Both the position numbers and the translations under genes were made by a program. 64,000 nt of DNA from Rhizophagus irregularis (Eukaryota), in NCBI RefSeq assembly GCF_026210795.1, contig NC_089430.1, positions 1,550,001-1,614,000 of the forward strand. The letters are read 5' to 3'. The notes below the pieces were generated by a model that was given only the letters and a program-made list of their open reading frames with translations, did no database searches and had not been told where the DNA came from. Below, piece by piece: positions 1 to 11,600 of this stretch (within the stretch, counting starts at the first letter, position 1; each line of letters begins with the position of its first letter).

Positions 1-733
1 TTCTCCTGCTTCAATTCTTCTTCATTTCTTGATTCTCTTCTTCATTTTCTTAATTTTCTTTATGAATTCACACTCATTCTATAATAATGTTTCTTATATC
101 TTTTCTTCATTTTTTCAAATATAAAATTAATTTAATATTCAAAAAAAAAAATACCTTTAAAAACTCGATATCCAAGGTCTCTGAGCATGCAAAAAATCAC
201 AAGGAAATCAAAAGTTCCACAGTGGGTAAAAAACATATTTATGTTTTAATGGAACTTCCACATAGAGCTGGCAAAAGATCAAAGTTGTTTCGGTTCAATG
301 AATATGGTGACCACCTAGTGAAAATGGCTATTAAAAAATAATTTTTCTAGAATTAGGTCGAGTTTGCATCAAAGAAAAAAAAATCAGGAAAATCTTTCCT
401 TTAATAGATAGTGTCTGGTGATCCTGACCGAAATTATCATAATTCCATAATTCCGGAACCGAAAAAAAAATGCGTAACAGCTATTAAATAGTAAAAAAAA
501 AATATTAAGTAAAATTTATTTTATAGTCTAAATATTTCAAATCAATGACTGAACTTGAATTTAATGGCTTTTTATTTTTTAAAATTGGTTTAAGAAAAAT
601 AACTTTATTATGATTAGTAGAATAACGATAATAATATAATAAAATTTACGTTACAAAATATTGTATCTACTTTCGTGAATCAATTAGATCAATATTATAT
701 TATTTTATATAAATTAAATTATAATAAATTCAA

Positions 734-2167
734 CTATAAATCCCATTCAAACTCATCAATATGACTATAATAATTTTTAACTATACCTTTTTTTTTATAA
801 TCTTTAATTAAATTTTCTAATTGATGCTTAAATTTCACTTTAAAATAATAATTTCCAATATATAATTTTAATAATAAAGAATTTCTATCTTTCCAATTAT
901 CAAGAAATAATTTTATATCTTCTAATTTAATTGTATTATAATAAAAACAAAATTTAAATTTAAATAAATTATTTGATGATGATTTTATTAATATTTTAAA
1001 AAATTCATCCCAATTAAATTCATTATTTTTATCCTCAATCTATTTCAATAATTAATCCATTTAAGAGTTTACAATTAATAAATAAATTCTCAATTTCTGA
1101 ATTAAGAGTATTAAAATTGGAAAATATTGTTAATTTAAGATATTTTAAATTTGGACAATTTTGATAAATTGTTTTAATAAGAATCTTATCATCATAAAAT
1201 GTGCTGATTTCTGAAAGAGTTTCTTTCGTATTTTCAATTAATTTCGCTAATACTTTAGATGGAACTTTTGCAACTTTTAAAAATTTTTAAACGGGTAATG
1301 ATAAATTTTCGAAATAATTCGAATCATTCCATTTAATATAACCATCAATAAAGTAAAATTCTAAACTTAATAAATTTGTAAGATGAGAAAGAAATCTTGT
1401 AATAGGCTTCCATCCAATTTTTCAAATGTTGAATAGTATCTGCATGTTTAATCAATGATTCTTCAAGAGTTTTGTAAATTGATTCATCTTCTATCATACT
1501 GGCAAACTTAACGTCATTTAGATTTTTTGTACTTCAATTAATTTAATAATATCATTCACATCAGTTAAAAACTCTAACACTTAATTTTTTAATCGATTTT
1601 GCATATTTTAGCCAATCCTTCTAAATGATGTTGATTAACTTTGGTAAAACAACGAAGGGATTGAAGTTCTGAAGGGCAATTTTCGGCTCTCGAAATATGA
1701 TGTAATCGATTATCAAAATCATATGGAATAGAAAGGTGAATTAATTTTGTATTTCTATTAATAAATATTTTTAATATTTCATTTTTTATAACTGATAATG
1801 GATAATTTTGATTCTTCAACTTTTTTTGAAGAAATTATTACACTTTCTAAGTATGATAATTCTAAATATTTCCAAAAAAAAAAATATAATTAAATAAAGG
1901 TTTTTGATATGTTTTTTTTGTAATAAGATTATTAATTCCTTGATCTTTCAAAATATCTCTTGATTCTTTTGATAAATGTGAAATTATTACATTAAATAAT
2001 GCAATAATCTTTGGAATATCATCTCTAATAAAAGGATTTTTCCATAAAATTGGTATTGCTGTTTCACATCATGTTCTGTTAACTAAAAGGCACGAATAGA
2101 GTGATTTTTTATCATTTTTTAATTCTTCAAAAATTAGGAAAAGTATGTCTTTGTTGAGATATACCAT
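734..2167 (-). pseudogene. F-box/LRR-like gene (expanded Glomeromycota family), disrupted
   Basis: Manual translation from ATG 2167: MVYLNKDILFLIFEELKNDKKSLYSCLLVNRT*CETAIPILWKNPF, an F-box-like N-terminus. In-frame stops at 2069-2071 (TGA where Trp is expected) and 1287-1289, plus frameshifts. Family-typical end KLFLDNWKDR...YKKKGIVKNYY...FEWDL* with stop at 734-736. Confidence 0.8.
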
Positions 2168-2712
2168 TTTTTTTTAAAAAAAAAACCCCGACAAAAAGAC
2201 CCCCTTGATTTATTTAAATTTGCGAACGGATTATTTGTAACAAATATTGCGCTCATTATTACATGGCATTACATAGCAATTAAAAAGCCGATGGACATGC
2301 ATAGTATTGCAGAATGTGCTTATGTAAACTATTCCTATTACGGTTGGTCAGGCCATATTTTTTTTTGTTATATAAAAAAAATATGCTGTGGTCAGGCCAT
2401 TTTTTTTTTCGTTATATAAAAAAGAGTTTGTCCGTAATTAACGATTATCCTCAGGATTTATATCCGGTTAATCTGGATATGGACAGATTTTTAGAAGTTT
2501 AGTTGTAATTCTGGCCAAGACTATAACGCCTGCCGGAATTACAAACTTTATTGTAACTTAAATTTAAATTTTGTGTAACATCACTTACGCCAATGGGCTA
2601 AACTATTTATCAGAATTATCAGAGGTCGCGTTATTTACAATTTTCGTAATTTGGGCCGGCACTACAAGGAAAAAAATTTTTTTTTTTTTGCGGATTTAAA
2701 AGGATAAATTTT

Positions 2713-2819
2713 GATGTCCGCACCCCACTCGGGTGATCATTAAAGGATATAACCTTATTATTTACGTCACAAGTGCATAGGTTATATTCTTTGATGATCA
2801 CCCGAGTGGGGTGGATATC
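2713..2819. repeat. Long hairpin / inverted repeat (35-bp core arms, ~23-nt loop)
   Basis: 2721-2755 CACCCCACTCGGGTGATCATTAAAGGATATAACCT pairs with 2779-2813. 33 of 35 pairs are Watson-Crick and 2 are G:T. Flanking GATGTCC/GGATATC can extend the stem across a bulge. Confidence 0.9.
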
Positions 2820-3360
2820 CGGATGGACGGATCCAGACTCTAGATTTGATTTAAATAGAATTCTTTTTATTATAAATATTTACAAAGATTACATAATTTT
2901 TTCGGTCATACGGTTGATCTTCAATAATAATGTGCAACTTCTTTCATTGGGAATAATAAAATATTTAACTTGGTGCCTACTACAAATTAATGGAATAACA
3001 TAAAAACATGATATATTTTGATGAAAGATAAACTGAAAATTATTTGCGTAATTTATTAATTTAACTACTAAAAATAAAAATTTATATTCATGAGGAACCT
3101 TTAATACAAAACATTCTAATTCTAGTTATTTCTCCACTACTCTAAAATGATACTAAAAAAAAACTGCATTTAGCTCGATATTGCGTCAAATTATAGATAT
3201 TTTACGCGAATAAGAAAATTTTTAAATTAATTAGTTAAATTTAAAAAGATTGATCTTAATTATAACATAACATGCAGAATTTTGTAAAATATACTTATTA
3301 ATAAAAACAAAATTAATTTCTTAAAATTAAAATACTTGATACAATTAACTTCCATAAAAT

Positions 3361-5112
3361 CATATTCAATTAACTAATCAACACGCTACTAAAAATTCAT
3401 TATTATGAAACAAATAAAGTAGTAAGCAAAAAAAAAAATTTCAATCAAAAAATAATTGCATTTGGAATGGAATATTTGATACCTTGTTATTATTTTCACT
3501 TCCATCCCCAAAACAAGAAACTTCTTGAGATCCATCACCTAATAAGACAGCATGACTGTATAGTGCTGGTTTGTTAGTTATGTTATGGAAGAGACCAATA
3601 ATATCACCATTCATTAAATGATCAGTGTCATAAGAAGTGGTTAGATTATAACGTCGTATAAGCCATTCATCATCAACACCAATTTCGCCTGGACGTAAAG
3701 TTACTAATTATTAAAATTATAAATTGTTAGTACAGTAGATGTACAATAGTATACCTATCTTTATTCAACTAAACAATACCTTGTTGTTACTTTGATATTG
3801 GTGTGACTTTCCCATTATTAGTATTATGAGAATGTAAACAATATCCTGTTGATTTATGTTTAAATCCAATAATGGGGGTCTTCACAAAAAACGTGATTGA
3901 GATTGAGATTGAAATTTAGTATAGAATTTCAATCTTACTAACATATTAAGATTGAAAATTCTATATGAAATCTCAATCTCAATCTCAATCACGTTTTTTG
4001 TGAAGACCCCCAATATTATTAAGAGGCACTGGATCGACTTCATTTTTACCTTTACCATTAGTTTCAACTAAAATCCAAACATCATTTTCTGAATCTATTT
4101 CCAGATCACTACAAATAACCTTTATAATTTTGAAAAAGTATTAATTTTTTTTTAATATGGAATAATTGCAAAAAAAAAAATATTGTCAAATACCATATAT
4201 TGTTGGTTATTTGAGCCAAAGTCATATTTGACTCCTTTAATAGATAAATATTTTCCAGTTGATAAATGTATAAGAGTAATTTTTGATCCATATACAATCA
4301 GCTTTCTGAGATTCATTCTTTTTTGTTAAAAAAAAAAAATTTACTAAATAGTTCAATTGTAAAGTTTAAGATGTGAAATTACAAAATATCTAATATCTTA
4401 TGATAAAATCTTCCATTACTTCTTCAGGAGATAAGCGCCAATTGAAATAACGAACATTGCTTATATAAAAGGTTATTTAATATTTTATATTTAATTAAAT
4501 TAAATTACTACAATTACAAATCGTACCTAATTTAACCATTAAACCCATTATGACGGATAGCACGCCCAATATGCAATGGTCCATCATTAAAGACAGCTTT
4601 ATGCGTTTTAACTTTCTCAATGCAATAAAATCCAGCCCATTCACCATCTAAATAAATATCTAATCTTTTTTAGGGATCAGAAAGTGTATAAGCTATATGG
4701 TACCATTTGTTTAATGCAAGTCCATCATCAAGCTCCCAAATTCCAGCATTACTATCCCAGTTGCCTGTAAAATCGAGCATGCAATGAGGATCCATTTGGC
4801 ATCAACAGGAGCGCGGGAGTACGGATTAAATGTTCGGTACCTAAAATATTTTATTTTTTACGATTAAAGAAAGCATAAATTAAAAATATTCAAAATCCAA
4901 TCATAATGTTATTGACATGAGTCTTCAGTTAATTAACGAAAAACTGTAGACCAATCAGAAAAATGTTTATGAATTTTCAGAAGTAATGTTATTGAAAGCT
5001 TATCTTTTACTGTAGGCAAGTCAGCATGTTTAAAGATTCGTTGATCCTGTTCTTTCATGGAAATAGGACCTGAAATTAGTTCTGCCCACTCTTTAATGGT
5101 AAATTTCATCAT
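3361..5112 (-). pseudogene. Concanavalin A-like/LamG domain + MIR-like (beta-trefoil) domain gene, disrupted
   Basis: Multi-exon translation: MMKFTIKEWAELISGP..LSITLLLKIHKHFSDWSTVF; IRTPAL..NKWYHIAYTLSDPKKRLDIYLDGEW..GPLHIG..GFNG*; NVRYFNWRLSPEEV (LamG-like); IVYGSKITLIHLSTGKYL, IGFKHKSTGYCLHSH, IIGLFH..ALYSH (MIR-like). Frameshift near 4770, stops near 4532 and 3788, MITE inserted at 3874-4011. Confidence 0.7.
3874..4011. mobile_element. 138-bp foldback MITE with 3-bp target-site duplication (AAT)
   Basis: Termini GGGGGTCTTCACAAAAAACGTGATTGAGATTGAGATTGA and its reverse complement; arms run almost to the centre. AAT at 3871-3873 and 4012-4014. Removing the element plus one AAT restores the host frame PLNNIIGFKHK. 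Confidence 0.92.
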
Positions 5113-8100
5113 CTTTTTTCTAAAGATTGATCAATATAATATTTTGTTTATAATAGAAATAAATAAATTTAATTTTTAAAAAATGTAAACTTTAAATTCC
5201 TTGTAATAGAGTACCAAAATTTGCAAGTATTTTTACCGATAAAAAAAAAAAATAATTTTGTAAAATGCGTAACAAGATATGAACTAACCTTATATATTGT
5301 AGTCTAATGTCGCCGATCTCACAATATCGGTAAGTTTCACAAGGGCTAAAATTCTACATGCAGTTACCGTGTACAAAAATTGTAGTATAAATTGTTTAAC
5401 AAATAGAATAACTTTTTCAATTTTCACATATTTAAATATGAAGTAGATAATTTTATTATTCTGCTTATTCTGCTTTAATCTTGTCATGTTATAGCATTCA
5501 TTAAATTAAATTTTCTACATATTTTTAGAAACTTTTTCTCAAATTTTCAAGTTTGATTTCCATTTTTGAAATAATAAAAAAAGTCCATATAAAAAGAACA
5601 GTATTATCGTTTAGTGAAGAAACTTGGGCAGAATAATGAGTCTGTACCTAAGAGTTAAAATTAATCTTTGTATAATTGAAACAAGGTATAAGAAGGTTAC
5701 TGAAGTTGTAGTACTGCGCCATATTACTTGAGCTTCTCGCAAAATCAATAAAATTTAATGGTTAAAATTATAAACTTGAACGTAGTGAAAGATAAAAATA
5801 GTACAGTTGTATTTGAAACATGTAAAATCATTTGAATAACAATCATTTGAATAACCTCTTTAAACGAATGAAATTTATAAAAGAAATAAATCATGGGTTA
5901 TAATTTGATTAGTTGATCAAAGAATTAAAAGGCTTTAATAAATATTATTAGGTTCATTTAGTTTTTTGATGATTTTTAACCAACGAATACACCTTACATG
6001 TAAAAGTTCACATTGTAATCACCTTTTCTAATTATCTAATAATGTATCTAACGATACGTTTCGATTTTACTTTTAATTAGCAAAACTCAAAATATTAGTA
6101 GTAACCGAATCAACAAATAAATAAACTGAATTTTTCTAATAAAATAATTATCATAAAATTGCTCTTATTAATTGGTTCATATTTTATTTACGTCATGATC
6201 CTTTAGTAAGATTGTTTAATGTGATGTTATAATATTCTGGTCATTTATTTTGTTGAATAAGTATCGTTCAACGGGTTTCAGTCGGAGATATAAAACAAAT
6301 TGGTAAAAGTGGGGTTTTCCAAAGTGTGTTCTGAAATATAATTTGAGTAATAAGCGAAATATTATAAACAAGAAGAACTTGAACCTATAAAAATATTAAA
6401 TTATAGATCACAGAATATATCGTCCGAGTATTAAAGTGTATCCTTTCAAGTAATTATATCAATTGACGTTGAAATTATTACCTTGTAAGTAATTGATAAT
6501 CAAGACTTCGAGTTTATTTCGTAATTTTTAATCAATGAAAATAATGAGTTTATCTAGAATGTAGCGAAGGGCACCATATTTCTACGCAGTTTAGTCACGT
6601 GATTGTTTTACAGTCCCGTTATAAATTATTGTTGATTTTCTCTCACCATCTAATTTTTTTGCTTTCCTAGTTTAACAACATTACCAAAAACGATTGGACG
6701 GATTAATTAACAAACATAATTACGTAGAGTGATACAAGTTATGTTACTACTGAATTAATTATCAGAATAATGTAGTAATGTAAAATATTTGATTTGTTCA
6801 CAACTTGGTGTTTCAAGTATTACAAATATTTGTTGGAATATTAACTTAATCATTAAATTTAATGCATCATGGAAATACTTATTATGGAAATACTTATTAC
6901 TAGTATGTAATTTGATAATATCCTCCATTAATCATTATGCATAGAAATTATTAGAGATTTATTAGAAATAAATGCTCGTTCTTATATATAGAGCTGTTCT
7001 GCATCAACAAATAGTAATATAACAAAAAAGAGTTATATCTGTCTGTAGTTATATAAGAAAGTTATGTGAAAGTGCATTTCATACCTTTTTAAATACATTT
7101 TAATTATTTAATTTTAACTCTGCTTTTCATATAAAAAGTCCTTTTACCCTTTATCTCTAAAAAATTCGGAAATTTTAATCCGATATTTTTTTTGCTAATT
7201 AACGAAAAAAAGTTTAATTTATTTTTTTTAGTAATACGCACTTCTTTATTATAGTTAATGTAAAATATATACAAAAAATAAGGTTAGAAATACATACATA
7301 GTACAGTAGTACATACAATAAAATATATCTACTAATTCCACTAATTCCATAAGTCATCAGTATGATGTGATCGGCCGCAGCATATCGATTGATTTTAAAA
7401 GTTTCTTAATAATAATTTTTTTTTTGAACTTTTTTAGACGGGATCTTTTTTTTTTAATAATAATTTTTTTTTTGCTTTTTTTAGACTGAATCTCTTTTTA
7501 AATTTATTGTCCAATTTTTTTTTTAAACTTAATTTTTAATATTTTTATCCCGATTTTATCTGTCTTTTAGGCTTAGATTCAGTTCATTTGGATTGATGCT
7601 GCGGTACTACAGTAAGCGCGAATTTTATTTTTAATAATTTTTCTTCTATTTTTTTCTTTTTTTCATTTTTCACCTCTTATGTTTTGATCGGCGATACAGT
7701 ATAATTAAAATTTTATTATTGAATAAACATGCTTTGTATGATTTTCGTTAGAACAAGTATATTTTTTCACTTAAAAATAAAAAAAAACATGTTAATATTT
7801 TATAAGTTCTAATTTATCTAACTATAAAAAAAGAATTTTTATTGTTACATTGATTTTAACTATTTAATCCTCAACAGGCTACAGCAAGTAAATATTAATT
7901 TATATTTATAATTATCTTCGTTTTTGTTAAATAATGTGACAACTGTAACATGTGTACAAATTCCTTTACTTTTGACTAAACCAAATTATTTTTTTTTGTA
8001 ACATTTTATCGCTTTGGTAAGATAATATATAATATTGACTAAGTTTTTATTTTTTAAAAAATGATGCGTATAAGATTTTAATAGTTAATTTATTAAATAA

Positions 8101-8664
8101 ATAATGAAAATATTACATACTGTAAATAAATAATGTATATAATTAAATATATAACCATTTAAAATTTAAAATTCCGTCTAACATTGTTCAGTTACATACA
8201 AAAAAAAAAAAAAAAATTATTTGGGTCACAGTGAGAATAAGAAAAGCTAATGTTAAACTGAATTCAAATTATAATGGTAAAAAAAGGAAATTTATCAATT
8301 ACTTATTTTGGCTTTAATCTAAACATTTTCTTTGCCCCTAAATTAATTACTTTTTATTAAAGTTAGAAGATACGTTAAATATAAATAACAAATATAAAGT
8401 CAGTCAATAAATTAAAATTTACCATCTTCATTTAAAAATATCTTTTAAATATGGTCTAATGAATCTATTTGATTAATTAAATTAATAATAGATTTTTTTT
8501 TATAGCAATAATTTATTAATAAATACCTGAAGAATTTTTAGTTATTATATCATCATTTTGTTCATAATAATCGTCAGAATTTTTTGGCTCTGGAAGGTTA
8601 TTAAGACTAAGTAAACTACTACCAGTGTAGTTAGCTTTTGAATGCACTTTATATGATGAGCTAG

Positions 8665-11600
8665 TTAAAGGTGTATTGTTATCATTGATTTCTTCAATTT
8701 TTGTTCTTCCAATTCTAGAGAATTGTCATACTTAAATTCCCATAATTTATCCCTAACTTCAATTGCTGTTGGTCGATTTAATGAATTTGCATCTAAACAT
8801 CTTTTAATTAAATGCACAATGAATTGAGGTACTTTAATAGTGTTAAACCTTGGTCTAAGTCCTAAACAAATTTTCGTTGCTAAAAAGTCATTAAAAATTA
8901 AATTGTGATATGGAGATAATCCAGAAATAACTTCATACATAACTATTCCAAAACTGTAAATATCAGCAGCTTTAGTATAACTTTGTCCTCGTAAAATCTC
9001 AGGGGCAATATAAGGCAAAACACCATATATATTATTTTTTGCATTTTCTGATGGTTTGTAATCTGCAGGTTTACATAATCCCATATCAGTTATAAGAATA
9101 GTTTCGTAATTTTTTAGTACATTACCAGTATGTAGATCTCGATGAATTATTTCATTTCCATGAATATTTTCAAGTCCAGATGCAATATTGTATAAATAAT
9201 TGATTTTAATTTTTAAATCTAATTCATTATTTTCATTTAAAAAATCCCGTAAGCTTCCATTTACTGCATATTCCAAAACCATCATATAATTTTTTGTCTT
9301 TGGATCTTGAGTTATTCCATATAATTTAATAATAAATGAATTATTATCAACTTTATTATGTAATGCAATCTGTATAAAAATATAAATAATATATCAATAA
9401 AATCAAATTCTTAAATTTCATTAATTATAAAAATAAATTATACCTCATTCATAAATTCTAATGAGATATTTTCTGAATTATTTAAACTTTTTAGAGCTAC
9501 AGGCATATTTTGGCTTATTCTTTTCCAATTTTGATATCCATCATCCCAAAAGCTTATATTTCCATCAATCCAATTTGCTTTATATACTATACCAAACCCA
9601 CCTTTTGCAATATACTCAACATTATAAAGTTTATTGTAAGGTATCCATTCTAATGCTTTTTTAACATCGTTTTTATGAGTTGATAGTTGAGTACCTTGAA
9701 TAAATTCATCAATATCATCATTACCACTAGTCCAATTATTGAAATTTAGTAGAAAATGTATTGAACCACATGCACAATCACATTTTTTACACTTATTATT
9801 GTAATAATTTTTCAAAACTATCATATAATCTTTGGTTTCTGGATTCTGTGTTATTCCATAAGTGATAACAACCTAAAAATATTATATATTAGCAAAAAAT
9901 TAAAGTTCATCAAAAATATTAATAAAAAACAAATACATTATACCTCATTTATTAACTTAGAAAATTTTGGACTATTTAATTTTTTCAATACTACAATCAT
10001 ATATTTATCGCTTCTCTCCCACTTTTGATTAATATTATCCCAACACTGTATTTTTCCATCACTCCAATTTGCTTCATAGTACTCATTTTCTGCAATATAC
10101 TTAATATTATAAAATTTATCATAAGATATCCATTCTAATGCATTTTTCAAATTATCATGAGTTGATAGCTGAATATCTTGAATAAATTTATCAACACCTT
10201 CATTACCACTAGTCCAATTATTGAAATTCTTTTGAAAATGTATTGAATAGCATATTTTATTACATTTTTCACATTTTTCACTCAAAACCATCATATAACC
10301 TTTTATTTCTGGAATTTGTGTTATTCCATAAGCAATAGCAATCTATAAATATTACATATTAGCAAAAATTAAAATTTATCAAAAATTTCAATAAGAGCAA
10401 ATTTATCATACCTCATTCGCAAATTCTAAAGTAATATCTTTTGTATTATTTAATTTTTTCAGTATTACAATCATATTTTGACTATTTCTTGCCCAATTCT
10501 GATTATTTATATCCCAATCATATAAATTTCCATCAATCCAATTTGCTTTATACTCATTTGCTGCAATATACTTAATATTATAGAATTTATCATAAGTTAT
10601 CCATTCTAATGCTTTTTTCACATCATAATGAGCTGATAGCTGAGTATCTTGAATAAATTTATCAACATCTTCATTACTACTAGTCCAATTAATAAAATTC
10701 TTTTGTAAATGTATTGCATAGCATATGTTAATACATTTTTTACAATTTTCATTCAAAACCATCAAATAATCATTTGTTTCTGGATTTTGGGTTATTCCAT
10801 AAGCAATAGTAATCTATAAATATTACATATTAGCAAATTTATCAAAAATTTTAATAAGAACAAATTTATCATACCTCATTCGCAAATTCTAAAGTAATAT
10901 TTTTTGTATTAGTATTTAATTTTTTCAGTATTACAATCATATTTTGGCTATTTCTTGTCCAATTCTGATTATTTATATCCCAATCATATAAATTTCCATC
11001 AATCCAATTTGCTTTATACTCATTTTCCACAATATAATTAATATTATAGAATTTATCATAAGTTATCCATTCTAATACTTTTTTCACATCATTATGAGCT
11101 GATAACTGAGTATCTTGAATAAATTTATCAACATCTTCATTACCACTAGTCCAATTATTGAAATTATGTGTAAAATGTATTGAATAGCATTTGTCATTAC
11201 ATTTTTTACATTTTTCATTCAAAATCATCATATAATCTTTTGTTTCTGGATTTTGTGTTATTCCATAAGCAGTAGCAATCTATAAATATTACATATTAGC
11301 AAAAAATTAAAATTTATCAAAAATTTTAATAAGAGTAAATTTATCATACCTCATTCACAAATTCTAAAGTAATATCTTTTGTACTATTTAATTTTTTCAG
11401 TATTACAATCATATTTTGATTTTTTCTTGTCCAATTCTGATTATTTATATCCCAATCATATAAATTTCCATCAATCCAATTTGCTTTATACTCATTTGCT
11501 GCAATATACTTAATATTATAGAATTTATCATAAGTTATCCATTCAAATGCTTTTTCCACATCATTATGAGCTAATAGCTGAATAGTTTGAATAAATTTAT

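Noticed and set aside
87..341. 84-aa plus-strand ORF and other 60-90-aa ORFs in AT-rich intergenic DNA
   Set aside because: No motifs, splice structure or paralogues; consistent with chance ORFs.
2344..2423. Local tandem duplication TGGTCAGGCCAT(T)nGTTATATAAAAAA; similar short duplications at ~7405-7500 and 18440-18555/18940-19105
   Set aside because: Real but short, low-complexity local duplications with no supportable function.
3882..4067. 61-aa minus-strand ORF
   Set aside because: It runs through the palindromic MITE in a frame different from the host gene.
5480..6580. Possible decayed minus-strand gene
   Set aside because: Stops in the frames examined and no family motif I can name.
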